From a virus (Duplodnaviria > Heunggongvirae > Uroviricota > Caudoviricetes): DNA of 38,453 nt. The position numbers were made by a program, and so were the translations under genes. The stretch lies in IMG/VR virus record IMGVR_UViG_2541047932_000016; one strand, 5' to 3'. A model generated the notes under the pieces. It did no database searches. It had not been told where the DNA came from and saw only the letters and a program-made list of their open reading frames with translations. This document shows positions 24,836-34,915 of this stretch, piece by piece (positions within the stretch are counted from its first letter, which is position 1; every line of letters starts with the position of its first letter).

Positions 24836-25345
24836 GTGGCTACGCAGACTGAAGTTGCCAGGCATTTAAGTCTGACCGATCGCCAGCTTCGCAGATTGCA
24901 GAAATTACCGGGTGCCCCGATATCGAATAAGCGAGGGCAACTGGATCTGGATGCCTGGCGCGATTTTTACATATCGTATCTGAGGAGAAGTAAAAACGAT
25001 GTGCCTGATGGCGATAGCGAAGACGACTATGAGGAGAAATTGCTTATCGCCAGATGGGAACTGACAGCAGAACAGGCTGTTACACAGCAGTTAAAAAATG
25101 AGGTGTCAAAAGGAAAACTTATTGACACCGGGTTCTGTATTTTTGCCCTCAGTAAGCTGGCAATGGCGTTATCCAGTACGCTTGATTCCATCCCTTTATC
25201 CATGCAGCGACAGTTTCCTGATTTAACACCGCGCCATCTTGACCATCTGAAAACCCTTATTGCGAAGGGGGCAAATCAGTGTGCGCGGGCAGGGGATAAA
25301 TTACCGGATTTACTCGATGAATATATCAGAGCAACAACTGAATAA
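24836..25345 (+). CDS. nu1: Terminase small subunit (Nu1-like)
   Basis: 169 aa, GTG start with GAGGTGAGGAG RBS just downstream of cosB; N-terminal HTH-like ATQTEVARHLSLTDRQLRRL. Confidence 0.75.
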   Translation: MATQTEVARHLSLTDRQLRRLQKLPGAPISNKRGQLDLDAWRDFYISYLRRSKNDVPDGDSEDDYEEKLLIARWELTAEQAVTQQLKNEVSKGKLIDTGFCIFALSKLAMALSSTLDSIPLSMQRQFPDLTPRHLDHLKTLIAKGANQCARAGDKLPDLLDEYIRATTE

Positions 25346-27245
25346 TATGATGGCTGCCGTTTCGGTTGCGCTGCAGCCTCTGGTCAGGGTTGTACCAATG
25401 ACGCCAGTTGAATGGGCTGATCAAAATTATTATCTGCCGAAAGAATCTTCATATGGTGAGGGAGAATGGAAAACGCTGCCATTCCAGATCGCCATTATGA
25501 ACTGTATGGGTAACGACCAGGTTCGCACGGTTAACCTGATTAAATCTGCTCGTGTTGGCTATACAAAGATGTTGCTGGGGGTGGTCGGGTATTTTATTGA
25601 GCATAAATCCCGAAACAGTCTGCTTTTTCAGCCCACGGATTCTGCCGCTGAAGATTTTATGAAGTCTCACGTGGAGGCGACGATTCGGAACGTGCCATGC
25701 CTGAAAGACCTTTCCCCATGGCTGGGTCGTAAACATCGTGACAATACTCTCACGCTGAAACGCTTTTCATCGGGCGTCGGTTTCTGGTGCCTGGGCGGCG
25801 CTGCCGCCAAAAACTACCGTGAAAAATCCGTGGACGTGGTCTGCTATGACGAACTTTCCTCGTTCGAGCCGGATGTCGAAAAAGAGGGCTCGCCAACCCT
25901 GCTGGGGGATAAGCGTATTGAGGGGTCGGTGTGGCCAAAATCCATTCGCGGCTCGACGCCTAAAATCAAAGGCACCTGCCAGATCGAAAAAGCCGCTAAC
26001 GAGTCGGCGCATTTTATGCGTTTTTATGTGCCCTGCCCGCACTGTGGGGAGGAGCAGTATCTGAAATTTGGCGATGAGTCCACGCCTTTTGGGCTTAAAT
26101 GGGAGAAGGACAGCCCTGAAAGTGTTTTCTACCTCTGTGAACATCATGGCTGCGTGATCCATCAGTCTGAACTGGACCAGAGCAACGGGCGGTGGATCTG
26201 TGAAAACACGGGCATGTGGACCCGTGACGGTCTGACGTTTTTCAGCGCCCGGGGTGATGAAATTCCGCCGCCGCGCTCCATCACATTCCATATCTGGACG
26301 GCGTACAGTCCGTTCACCACCTGGGTACAGATTGTCTATGACTGGCTGGATGCACTGAAAGATCCCAACGGCCTGAAAACCTTTGTGAACACCACGCTGG
26401 GCGAGACCTGGGAAGAGGCCGTGGGCGAAAAACTCGATCACCAGGTACTGATGGATAAGGTTGTGCGTTACACGGCTGCGGTGCCTTCCCGGGTGGTTTA
26501 TCTGACGGCGGGCATTGACTCGCAGCGAAACCGTTTTGAGATGTATGTATGGGGATGGGCACCGGGAGAGGAAGCCTTTCTGGTGGATAAAATCATCATT
26601 ATGGGGCGTCCCGATGAGGAAGAGACGCTGTTACGTGTGGATGCTGCGATCAACAAAAAATACCGCCATGCGGATGGCACCGAAATGACCATTTCCCGTG
26701 TCTGCTGGGACACCGGGGGAATCGATGGTGAAATTGTTTATCAGAGATCAAAAAAACACGGTGTTTTCCGGGTGCTGCCGGTAAAAGGCGCATCTGTCTA
26801 TGGCAAGCCGGTGATCACCATGCCAAAAACCCGCAATCAGCGGGGCGTGTATCTGTGTGAAGTGGGAACGGACACCGCAAAAGAAATTCTCTATGCCCGT
26901 ATGAAAGCCGATCCCACGCCTGCGGATGAAGCCACGTCGTATGCCATCCGTTTTCCTGATGATCCGGAGATTTTTTCGCAGACAGAGGCGCAGCAACTGG
27001 TGGCGGAAGAGCTGGTGGAGAAGTGGGAAAAAGGAAAGATGCGTCTGCTGTGGGATAACAAAAAGCGGCGTAACGAAGCGCTGGACTGCCTGGTGTATGC
27101 CTACGCGGCATTACGTGTGTCCGTGCAACGCTGGCAGCTTGATCTGGCTGTACTGGCAAAATCCCGGGAAGAAGAGACGACCCGGCCAACCCTGAAAGAA
27201 CTGGCAGCGAAGCTGTCCGGAGGAGTGAATGGTTACAGTCGCTGA
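25317..27245 (+). CDS. A: Terminase large subunit (gpA-like)
   Basis: 642 aa from ATG 25317 (the ORF continues upstream to a TTG at 25260); length and position match lambda A. Confidence 0.8.
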   Translation: MNISEQQLNNMMAAVSVALQPLVRVVPMTPVEWADQNYYLPKESSYGEGEWKTLPFQIAIMNCMGNDQVRTVNLIKSARVGYTKMLLGVVGYFIEHKSRNSLLFQPTDSAAEDFMKSHVEATIRNVPCLKDLSPWLGRKHRDNTLTLKRFSSGVGFWCLGGAAAKNYREKSVDVVCYDELSSFEPDVEKEGSPTLLGDKRIEGSVWPKSIRGSTPKIKGTCQIEKAANESAHFMRFYVPCPHCGEEQYLKFGDESTPFGLKWEKDSPESVFYLCEHHGCVIHQSELDQSNGRWICENTGMWTRDGLTFFSARGDEIPPPRSITFHIWTAYSPFTTWVQIVYDWLDALKDPNGLKTFVNTTLGETWEEAVGEKLDHQVLMDKVVRYTAAVPSRVVYLTAGIDSQRNRFEMYVWGWAPGEEAFLVDKIIIMGRPDEEETLLRVDAAINKKYRHADGTEMTISRVCWDTGGIDGEIVYQRSKKHGVFRVLPVKGASVYGKPVITMPKTRNQRGVYLCEVGTDTAKEILYARMKADPTPADEATSYAIRFPDDPEIFSQTEAQQLVAEELVEKWEKGKMRLLWDNKKRRNEALDCLVYAYAALRVSVQRWQLDLAVLAKSREEETTRPTLKELAAKLSGGVNGYSR

Positions 27246-27435
27246 ACTGCAGGCGCTGCGTCAGGCGCGCCTTGATTTATTAACCGGTAAACGGGTGGTG
27301 TCTGTCCAGAAAGATGGTCGCAGAATTGAATATACGGCGGCTTCTCTGGATGAGCTTAACCGGGCGATCAATGATGCGGAGTCGGTACTGGGGACAACCC
27401 GCCGTCGCCGTCGTCCGCTGGGAGTGAGGTTATGA
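27229..27435 (+). CDS. W: Head-tail joining protein gpW
   Basis: 68 aa; ...LLTGKRVVSVQKDGRRIEYTAASLDELNRAI... aligns with lambda W ([31 protein letters not shown]). Confidence 0.85.
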   Translation: MVTVAELQALRQARLDLLTGKRVVSVQKDGRRIEYTAASLDELNRAINDAESVLGTTRRRRRPLGVRL

Positions 27436-29024
27436 AACGAACGCCTGTCCTGATTGATGTGAACGGCGTTCCGCTTCGGGAGAGCCTCAGCTACAACGGG
27501 GGCGGCGCAGGATTTGGCGGGCAAATGGCGGAGTGGTTGCCACCGGCGCAGAGTGCCGATGCAGCTCTGTTGCCCGCGTTGCGTCTGGGGAATGCCCGTG
27601 CAGATGATCTGGTACGCAATAACGGGATAGCGGCCAATGCGGTGGCACTGCATAAGGATCACATTGTCGGGCATATGTTTCTGATCAGCTACCGTCCGAA
27701 CTGGCGCTGGCTGGGGATGCGGGAGACCGCAGCAAAAAGCTTTGTCGATGAGGTGGAGGCGGCCTGGTCGGAATACGCCGAAGGGATGTCTGGCGAGATC
27801 GACGTGGAAGGAAAACGCACGTTCACGGAATTTATCCGTGAAGGTGTGGGCGTTCATGCGTTTAACGGCGAAATCTTTGTGCAGCCGGTCTGGGATACGG
27901 AAACCACGCAGTTATTCCGTACGCGTTTTAAAGCCGTGAGTCCGAAACGGGTGGACACGCCAGGACACGGTATGGGGAACCGTTTTCTGCGGGCCGGGGT
28001 GGAGGTCGATCGATATGGCCGTGCCGTTGCGTACCATATCTGTGAGGATGATTTTCCTCGCTCCGGGAGTGGACGATGGGAACGGATCCCGCGTGAACTT
28101 GCCACCGGGCGTCCGGCCATGCTGCATATTTTCGAGCCGGTGGAGGACGGGCAGACCCGTGGGGCTAATCAGTTTTACAGCGTCATGGAACGGCTGAAGA
28201 TGCTCGATTCCCTGCAGGCAACACAGCTTCAGTCGGCCATAGTGAAGGCGATGTATGCAGCGACGATTGAAAGTGAACTTGATACCGAAAAGGCCTTTGA
28301 ATATATCGCCGGCGCGCCACAGGAGCAGAAGGATAATCCGCTTATTAATATTCTGGAGAAGTTCTCCAGCTGGTATGACACGAATAACGTGACACTGGGC
28401 GGTGTCAAAATTCCGCACCTTTTCCCTGGTGATGATCTGAAACTACAGACTGCGCAGGATTCAGACAATGGATTTTCTGCGCTTGAACAGGCGCTGCTGC
28501 GGTATATCGCCGCCGGTCTTGGCGTTTCCTACGAACAGTTGTCCCGTGATTACTCGAAGGTCAGTTACTCAAGTGCCCGCGCCTCCGCCAATGAGTCGTG
28601 GCGCTATTTTATGGGGCGGCGAAAATTTATTGCGGCCCGGCTGGCCACGCAGATGTTTTCCTGCTGGCTGGAAGAGGCACTTCTTCGGGGGATTATCCGT
28701 CCGCCACGGGCACGTTTTGATTTTTATCAGGCGCGATCAGCCTGGTCACGGGCAGAGTGGATTGGTGCCGGAAGAATGGCCATTGACGGGCTCAAGGAAG
28801 TCCAGGAATCAGTGATGCGCATTGAGGCCGGACTGAGCACGTATGAGAAAGAGCTGGCGCTGATGGGCGAGGATTATCAGGACATTTTCCGCCAGCAGGT
28901 CAGGGAATCTGCAGAGCGGCAAAAAGCCGGACTCTCACGTCCGGTGTGGATAGCGCAGGCGTATCAGCAGCAGATAGCGGAGAGTCGCAGGCCGGAAGAG
29001 GAGACAACACCACGTGAGACGTAA
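27432..29024 (+). CDS. B: Portal protein gpB
   Basis: 530 aa, position and size as lambda B (533 aa). Confidence 0.85.
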   Translation: MKRTPVLIDVNGVPLRESLSYNGGGAGFGGQMAEWLPPAQSADAALLPALRLGNARADDLVRNNGIAANAVALHKDHIVGHMFLISYRPNWRWLGMRETAAKSFVDEVEAAWSEYAEGMSGEIDVEGKRTFTEFIREGVGVHAFNGEIFVQPVWDTETTQLFRTRFKAVSPKRVDTPGHGMGNRFLRAGVEVDRYGRAVAYHICEDDFPRSGSGRWERIPRELATGRPAMLHIFEPVEDGQTRGANQFYSVMERLKMLDSLQATQLQSAIVKAMYAATIESELDTEKAFEYIAGAPQEQKDNPLINILEKFSSWYDTNNVTLGGVKIPHLFPGDDLKLQTAQDSDNGFSALEQALLRYIAAGLGVSYEQLSRDYSKVSYSSARASANESWRYFMGRRKFIAARLATQMFSCWLEEALLRGIIRPPRARFDFYQARSAWSRAEWIGAGRMAIDGLKEVQESVMRIEAGLSTYEKELALMGEDYQDIFRQQVRESAERQKAGLSRPVWIAQAYQQQIAESRRPEEETTPRET

Positions 29025-30519
29025 TCTTTCACACATTATTGCCGCAGCATTCAATGAACCGCTGCTTCTGGAGCCCGCCTATGCGCGGGTTTTCTTTTGC
29101 GCGCTCGGGCGCGAGATGGGGGCAGCAAGTCTTTCGGTACCACAGCAGCAGGTACAGCTTGATGCTCCCGGAATGCTGGCTGAAACGGACGAGTACATGG
29201 CCGGAGGTAAACGACCGGCCCGTGTTTACCGGGTGGTGAACGGTATTGCTGTACTGCCGGTGACCGGCACGCTGGTGCACCGGCTGGGGGGGATGCGGCC
29301 ATTTTCCGGAATGACAGGCTATGACGGCATTGTCGCCTGTCTTCAGCAGGCAATGGCGGATAGCCAGGTGCGGGGCGTACTGCTGGACATTGACAGTCCG
29401 GGCGGGCAGGCCGCCGGCGCGTTTGACTGCGCTGACATGATTTACCGCCTCCGTCAGCAGAAGCCGGTCTGGGCACTGTGCAATGACACGGCCTGTTCTG
29501 CAGCCATGCTGCTGGCGTCGGCCTGCTCCCGACGGCTGGTTACCCAGACATCCCGTATCGGCTCCATTGGCGTGATGATGAGCCATGTCAGCTATGCCGG
29601 TCATCTGGCGCAGGCCGGTGTGGATATCACGCTGATTTACTCAGGGGCGCACAAGGTGGATGGCAATCAGTTTGAAGCCTTACCGGCAGAGGTTCGCCAG
29701 GACATGCAGCAGCGCATTGATGCGGCGCGCCGGATGTTTGCCGAAAAAGTGGCCATGTTTACCGGTCTGTCTGTTGATGCCGTCACGGGAACAGAGGCCG
29801 CCGTTTTTGAAGGTCAGTCCGGCATTGATGCCGGGCTGGCGGATGAATTAGTCAATGCGTCGGATGCCATCAGTGTGATGGCCACGGCGCTGAACAGTAA
29901 TGTCAGAGGAGGCACTATGCCGCAATTAACTGCAACGGAAGCCGCCGCGCAGGAGAACCAGCGAGTGATGGGGATCCTGACATGCCAGGAAGCGAAAGGA
30001 CGTGAACAGCTTGCCACGATGCTGGCAGGACAACAGGGCATGAGCGTTGAACAGGCCCGGGCGATTCTGGCCGCGGCGGCACCGCAGCAGCCGGTGGCAT
30101 CCACGCAGAGTGAAGCCGATCGCATTATGGCGTGTGAAGAAGCTAACGGTCGTGAACAACTGGCGGCAACGCTGGCGGCGATGCCGGAGATGACGGTGGA
30201 AAAAGCCCGCCCGATCCTGGCTGCTTCACCGCAGGCGGATGCCGGACCCTCACTCCGTGATCAGATCATGGCACTGGATGAGGCAAAAGGGGCTGAGGCG
30301 CAGGCTGAACAGCTGGCTGCCTGCCCGGGAATGACTGTGGAGAGCGCCCGGGCTGTGCTGGCTGCGGGATCAGGTAAGGCAGAACCGGTCTCTGCATCCA
30401 CAACCGCCCTGTTTGAACGCATCATGGCGAACCATTCACCGGCAGCGGTACAGGGTGGCGTGCCACAGACGTCAGCAGACGGTGATGCGGACGTGAAAAT
30501 GCTCATGGCTATGCCATGA
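29014..30519 (+). CDS. C: Head maturation protease/scaffold (gpC-like, S49/ClpP-type) with repeat-containing C-terminal scaffold region
   Basis: 501 aa; S49-type region (...LLDIDSPGGQAAGAFDCADMIYRL...SIGVMMSHV...), then three tandem ~45-aa repeats. Confidence 0.8.
   Translation: MRRNLSHIIAAAFNEPLLLEPAYARVFFCALGREMGAASLSVPQQQVQLDAPGMLAETDEYMAGGKRPARVYRVVNGIAVLPVTGTLVHRLGGMRPFSGMTGYDGIVACLQQAMADSQVRGVLLDIDSPGGQAAGAFDCADMIYRLRQQKPVWALCNDTACSAAMLLASACSRRLVTQTSRIGSIGVMMSHVSYAGHLAQAGVDITLIYSGAHKVDGNQFEALPAEVRQDMQQRIDAARRMFAEKVAMFTGLSVDAVTGTEAAVFEGQSGIDAGLADELVNASDAISVMATALNSNVRGGTMPQLTATEAAAQENQRVMGILTCQEAKGREQLATMLAGQQGMSVEQARAILAAAAPQQPVASTQSEADRIMACEEANGREQLAATLAAMPEMTVEKARPILAASPQADAGPSLRDQIMALDEAKGAEAQAEQLAACPGMTVESARAVLAAGSGKAEPVSASTTALFERIMANHSPAAVQGGVPQTSADGDADVKMLMAMP
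29940..30440 (+). repeat. Three in-frame tandem ~135-bp coding repeats in the C-terminal part of gpC
   Basis: Units RVMGILTCQEAKGREQLATMLAGQQGMSVEQARAILAAA / RIMACEEANGREQLAATLAAMPEMTVEKARPILAAS / QIMALDEAKGAEAQAEQLAACPGMTVESARAVLAAG. Confidence 0.6.
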
Positions 30520-30555
30520 AGTCAGTGCTGACCATCAACAGGAGGTTTTTACAAT

Positions 30556-30903
30556 ATGGTAACGAAAACCATCACTGAACAGCGTGCGGAAGTACGTATT
30601 TTTGCCGGTAATGATCCGGCTCATACCGCCACAGGCAGCAGCGGGATTTCCTCGGCAACACCGGCACTGACGCCCCTGATGCTGGATGAAGCCAGCGGGA
30701 AACTGGTGGTCTGGGACGGACAGAAAGCCGGTAGTGCGGTTGGCATACTGGTACTGCCGCTTGAAGGCACAGAGACGGTACTGACGTATTACAAGTCGGG
30801 GACCTTTGCGACGGAGGCAATCCGCTGGCCTGACAGTGTGGATGAACACAAAAAGGCAAATGCCTTTGCCGGCAGTGCCCTGAGTCACGCGGCGCTGCCG
30901 TAA
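30556..30903 (+). CDS. D: Head decoration protein gpD
   Basis: 115 aa; DPAHTATG...TPLMLDEASGKLVVWDG...AVGIL...LTYYKSGTF aligns with lambda D. Confidence 0.88.
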   Translation: MVTKTITEQRAEVRIFAGNDPAHTATGSSGISSATPALTPLMLDEASGKLVVWDGQKAGSAVGILVLPLEGTETVLTYYKSGTFATEAIRWPDSVDEHKKANAFAGSALSHAALP

Positions 30904-30960
30904 CACGTTATCAGGCCACCGCGGTGGCCTGACTGATTTCTGAATGAAAGGAACTGATTT

Positions 30961-31989
30961 ATGGGATTGTTTACGACCCGCCAGTTACTCGGTTATACCG
31001 AACAAAAAGTGAAATTTCGTGCGCTGTTTCTGGAGCTGTTTTTCCGCCGTACGGTGAATTTCCATACCGAAGAGGTGATGCTGGACAAAATTACCGGAAA
31101 AACGCCGGTGGCGGCCTATGTCTCCCCGGTTGTTGAAGGAAAAGTGCTGCGTCATCGCGGTGGTGAAACCCGCGTGTTACGTCCGGGCTACGTCAAGCCG
31201 AAACACGAATTTAATTACCAGCAGGCGGTTGAGCGTCTTCCCGGTGAAGATCCGGCTCAACTGAACGACCCGGCCTACCGTCGTCTGCGTATCATCACCG
31301 ATAACCTCAAACAGGAAGAGCATGCCATTGTCCAGGTGGAAGAAATGCAGGCGGTGAATGCCGTGCTGTATGGCAAATACACCATGGAAGGGGATCAGTT
31401 TGATACTGTCGAGGTGGATTTTGGACGCTCTGAAGGAAATAACATTGAGCAGGCCGACGGTAAAAAATGGTCTGAGCAGGACCGTGATACGTTTGATCCG
31501 ACGCATGATATTGACCTCTACTGCGATCAGGCCAGCGGTCTTGTGAATATTGCCATTATGGACGGTACTGTCTGGCGTCTGCTGAATGGTTTTAAGCTGT
31601 TCCGCGAAAAACTGGATACCCGTCGCGGCTCAAATTCACAACTCGAAACGGCAGTGAAAGACCTGGGGGCGGTGGTGTCTTTCAAAGGGTATTACGGCGA
31701 TCTGGCCATTGTGGTGGCGAAAACGTCTTATGTGACAGAGGACGGTACCGAAAAACGTTATCTGCCGGAGGGCACGCTGGTCCTGGGAAATACGGCTGCA
31801 GAGGGGATCCGTTGTTACGGTGCCATTCAGGATGCGCAGGCGTTGTCCGAAGGTGTGGTGGCTTCTTCCCGTTACCCGAAACACTGGCTGACCGTGGGCG
31901 ATCCGGCCCGTGAATTTACCATGACGCAGTCCGCACCGCTGATGGTGCTGCCGGATCCGGATGAGTTTGTGGTGGTGCAGGTGAAATAA
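30961..31989 (+). CDS. E: Major capsid protein gpE
   Basis: 342 aa; high similarity to lambda E along its length (PGYVKPKHE...KLDTRRGSNS.LETAVKDLG...GDPAREFTM.QSAPLM.L.DPDEFV.VQ). Confidence 0.92.
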   Translation: MGLFTTRQLLGYTEQKVKFRALFLELFFRRTVNFHTEEVMLDKITGKTPVAAYVSPVVEGKVLRHRGGETRVLRPGYVKPKHEFNYQQAVERLPGEDPAQLNDPAYRRLRIITDNLKQEEHAIVQVEEMQAVNAVLYGKYTMEGDQFDTVEVDFGRSEGNNIEQADGKKWSEQDRDTFDPTHDIDLYCDQASGLVNIAIMDGTVWRLLNGFKLFREKLDTRRGSNSQLETAVKDLGAVVSFKGYYGDLAIVVAKTSYVTEDGTEKRYLPEGTLVLGNTAAEGIRCYGAIQDAQALSEGVVASSRYPKHWLTVGDPAREFTMTQSAPLMVLPDPDEFVVVQVK

Positions 31990-31996
31990 TCCGTGA

Positions 31997-32026
31997 GCGG
32001 GGGCGAAATGCCCCCGTGTCTTTTTT
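31997..32026 (+). terminator. Rho-independent terminator-like hairpin after the capsid gene
   Basis: GCGGGGGC-GAAAT-GCCCCCG followed by TGTCTTTTTT. Confidence 0.5.
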
Positions 32027-32040
32027 CACAGGGGGCTGAT

Positions 32041-32424
32041 ATGGCAACAAAAGAAGAAAATCAGAAACGTCTTCGTCAACTGGCTGGCCTGCTGGGGCGC
32101 GAGGCGGATATGTCGGGGAGTGCTGCGGATATTGCGCAACGTGTGTCTGAGTGGGAAGAGGAGCTTGCTGCTTCCCGGGAGGGCATTATGCCTGGTGATG
32201 AGAGCGGGCCTGAGCAAAATCACACAGACGATGGTGAGCAGTTGCACAACACTGATGCTACGGATGATGTTAAAGCGGTCCGTGTGCGGAAATGCCTGCA
32301 TGTGATGGGGTATTGCCCGGAGACAGGCCGTCCCGTTGAACTGACGTACCGGGGCATGCGTGTTCTGGTGCCATCACCACTGGCGACAGCCATGATACAG
32401 CACGGAACGGCTGAGCATGCGTGA
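32041..32424 (+). CDS. FI: DNA packaging protein gpFI
   Basis: 127 aa from ATG 32041 (AGGGGG RBS; upstream in-frame region is occupied by the terminator hairpin); position as lambda FI. Confidence 0.7.
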   Translation: MATKEENQKRLRQLAGLLGREADMSGSAADIAQRVSEWEEELAASREGIMPGDESGPEQNHTDDGEQLHNTDATDDVKAVRVRKCLHVMGYCPETGRPVELTYRGMRVLVPSPLATAMIQHGTAEHA

Positions 32425-32769
32425 TTTTCAGAATGCCTTTGATGCTGCCCTCGCCGGGGTGGACAGTACGATTGTTGAAGTGATGGGCTCTGTGCACAGT
32501 TCACCTCGGGGGCACAGTGTGGCGGAGAAGTTCAGGGGGTTTTTGACGATCCGGAGTCGCTGGGATTTGCCGGTAGCGGGGTCCGTATTGAAGGAAGCAG
32601 CCCGTCATTATTTGTGCGGACGGATACGGTTCGTGCTGTGCGGCGTGGTGACACGCTGACCATTAATGGTGAGACGTTCTGGGTGGATCGTGTTTCTCCG
32701 GATGACGGGGGCAGCTGTTATCTCTGGCTCAACCGTGGGCAACCACCCGCTGTTAACCGGCGACGATAA
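32417..32769 (+). pseudogene. FII: Head-tail connector gpFII homolog interrupted by a 1-nt frameshift
   Basis: First 25 codons (MRDFQNAFDAALAGVDSTIVEVMGS) match lambda FII in one frame; the rest (...FTSGAQCGGEVQGVFDDPESLGFAGSGVRIEGSSPSLFVRTD...SPDDGGSCYLWLNRGQPPAVNRRR*) matches in the -1 frame; junction near 32486-32492. Confidence 0.6.
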
Positions 32770-32784
32770 ACGCAGGGTGAAATT

Positions 32785-33318
32785 ATGGCGATAAAAGGGC
32801 TTGAGCAGGCGATTGATAATCTGAGCCGGGTTCGTAAAAACGCCATTCCGGCGGCTTCTGCAATGACCATTAACCGCGTGGCCACAACGGCGATTAATCA
32901 GTCTTCATCACAGGTTGCCCGGGAAACCAGGGTGAGACGGAAACTGGTTAAGGAACGGTCCAGACTGAAACGGGCCACGGTCAGAAATCCGAATGCCAGA
33001 ATTATCGTTAACCGCGGTGATCTCCCGGTGATTAAGCTGGGGATCAGGATGCCGGGGCGTCGTCCGGACAGCATACTCAAAGCCGGTCAGCATCGTTATC
33101 AGCGGGCATTTATTCAGCGATTAAAAAATGGTCGCTGGCATGTCATGCAGCGTGTGGTCGGGAAAAACCGTTACCCCATTGATGTGGTGAAAATCCCGAT
33201 GGCGGCCCCACTGAAACAGGCGTTTGATGAGAATGTTGACCGTATCCGGCGTGAACGTCTGCCCGGAGAACTGGCATACGCGCTGAAACAACAACTGAGG
33301 ATTGCGATAAAACGATGA
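32785..33318 (+). CDS. Z: Tail completion protein gpZ
   Basis: 177 aa; MAIKGLEQAIDNLSR...FIQRLKNGRWHVMQRVVGKNRYPIDVVKIPMA... aligns with lambda Z. Confidence 0.88.
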   Translation: MAIKGLEQAIDNLSRVRKNAIPAASAMTINRVATTAINQSSSQVARETRVRRKLVKERSRLKRATVRNPNARIIVNRGDLPVIKLGIRMPGRRPDSILKAGQHRYQRAFIQRLKNGRWHVMQRVVGKNRYPIDVVKIPMAAPLKQAFDENVDRIRRERLPGELAYALKQQLRIAIKR

Positions 33319-33710
33319 AACATACTGACATTCGTGCCGCAGTGCTGGATGCACTGGAGCTGCATGAACACGGGGCGACGCTGTTTGATGGTCGCCCCGT
33401 TGTTTTTGACGAAGAGGATTTTCCCGCGGTCGCGGTTTATCTGACGGATGCAGAGTATACCGGTGAAGAGCTGGATGCAGATACCTGGCGGGCCACACTG
33501 CATATTGAGGTGTTTTTACCAGCACAGGTACCGGATTCGGAGCTGGATTCGTGGATGGAAAGCCGGATTTATCCGGCGATGACTGCGATCCCGGCACTGG
33601 CAGACCTGATTACCACGATGGTTACGCAGGGCTATGAGTATCGTCGTGATGACGATATGGCGTTATGGAGTTCTGCGGATCTGACTTATTCCATTACATA
33701 CGAGATGTGA
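33315..33710 (+). CDS. U: Tail terminator protein gpU
   Basis: 131 aa, same length and position as lambda U. Confidence 0.85.
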   Translation: MKHTDIRAAVLDALELHEHGATLFDGRPVVFDEEDFPAVAVYLTDAEYTGEELDADTWRATLHIEVFLPAQVPDSELDSWMESRIYPAMTAIPALADLITTMVTQGYEYRRDDDMALWSSADLTYSITYEM

Positions 33711-33717
33711 GGACGAT

Positions 33718-34470
33718 ATGTCAACACCAAATCCCCTTGAGCCGGTAAAAGGTGCCGGTACCACCCTGTGGGTTTATAACGGTCAGGGTGACGCCTATGC
33801 AAACCCGTTGTCAGACGATGACTGGCTGCGACTGGCTAAGGTGAAGGATCTGACGCCGGGCGAGATGACGGCAGAACCCTACGATGATAACTACCTGGAT
33901 GATGAAGACGCGGACTGGACCGCGACCGGGCAGGGGCAGAAGTCTGCAGGTGATACCAGTTTTACGCTGGCCTGGAAACCGGGAGAAGAAGGTCAGAAAG
34001 GGCTTATAGGCTGGTTTGAAAGCGGCGATGTCCGGGCCTATAAAATCCGTTTTCCGAATGGCACGGTGGATGTGTTTCGTGGCTGGGTCAGCAGTATCGG
34101 TAAGGCCGTGACGGCGAAAGAAGTGATCACCCGCACGGTGAAAGTCACTAACGTGGGTAAACCTTCTGTAGCGGAAGAACGCAGCAAAATTACGCCGGTC
34201 AGTGCGATTAAGGTGACGCCGACATCCGGTACGGTGGCAAAAGGGAAAACAACCACCCTGACGGTTTCTTTTGAGCCGGAAAGTGCAACAGACAAGACGT
34301 TCAGAGCGGTTTCCGCCGATCCGTCGAAAGCCACCATTAGTGTGAAAGATATGACAATTACGGTAAACGGCGTGGCGACAGGTAAGGTGCAGATCCCTGT
34401 GGTGAGCGGAAATGGTCAGTTCGCCGCAGTGGCTGAAGTCACCGTTACTGAAGCGGGCGCTGCAGGGTAA
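33718..34470 (+). CDS. V: Major tail protein gpV with C-terminal Ig-like domain
   Basis: 250 aa; position and size as lambda V; C-terminal ...[27 protein letters not shown]... resembles a Big_2-type Ig domain. Confidence 0.88.
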   Translation: MSTPNPLEPVKGAGTTLWVYNGQGDAYANPLSDDDWLRLAKVKDLTPGEMTAEPYDDNYLDDEDADWTATGQGQKSAGDTSFTLAWKPGEEGQKGLIGWFESGDVRAYKIRFPNGTVDVFRGWVSSIGKAVTAKEVITRTVKVTNVGKPSVAEERSKITPVSAIKVTPTSGTVAKGKTTTLTVSFEPESATDKTFRAVSADPSKATISVKDMTITVNGVATGKVQIPVVSGNGQFAAVAEVTVTEAGAAG

Positions 34471-34483
34471 ACGGAGGTCATAC

Positions 34484-34915
34484 ATGTTTCTGAAAACAGA
34501 ACAATTTGAATATAACGGTGTGTCCGTCACGCTTTCCGAATTGTCTGCGCTGCAGCGTATCGAGCATCTTGCCCTCCTGAAACGGCGTGCAGAACAGGCA
34601 GAATCCAGCGGCAACCTGCAGGTAAGCGTGGAAGATCTCGTCAGAACCGGCGCGTTTCTGGTGGCGATGTCCCTGTGGCATAACCATCCACAGAAAACGC
34701 CATCACCGTCAATGAATGAGGCCGTGATGAAGATAGAGCAGGAAGTGCTCACCACCTGGCCTGCCGATGCCATTGCCCGGGCGGAAGACGTGGTGTTGTG
34801 CCTGTCCGGGATGATCGAAGCTGTTCGTCCGGATACTGATATTACTGAAGTGGCGAAAAATAACGCGCTGACTGATGATGATTTTTCTGCGGGAAAGTCT
34901 TCGACGGCGAGCTGA
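34484..34915 (+). CDS. G: Tail assembly chaperone gpG
   Basis: 143 aa from ATG 34484 (GGAGG RBS); MFLKTEQFEYNGVSVTLSELSALQRIEHLALLKRRAEQAES... aligns with lambda G. Confidence 0.88.
   Translation: MFLKTEQFEYNGVSVTLSELSALQRIEHLALLKRRAEQAESSGNLQVSVEDLVRTGAFLVAMSLWHNHPQKTPSPSMNEAVMKIEQEVLTTWPADAIARAEDVVLCLSGMIEAVRPDTDITEVAKNNALTDDDFSAGKSSTAS

Noticed and set aside
25767-26441. 224-aa minus-strand ORF inside the terminase large subunit gene
   Set aside because: Antisense to a conserved terminase; no independent support.
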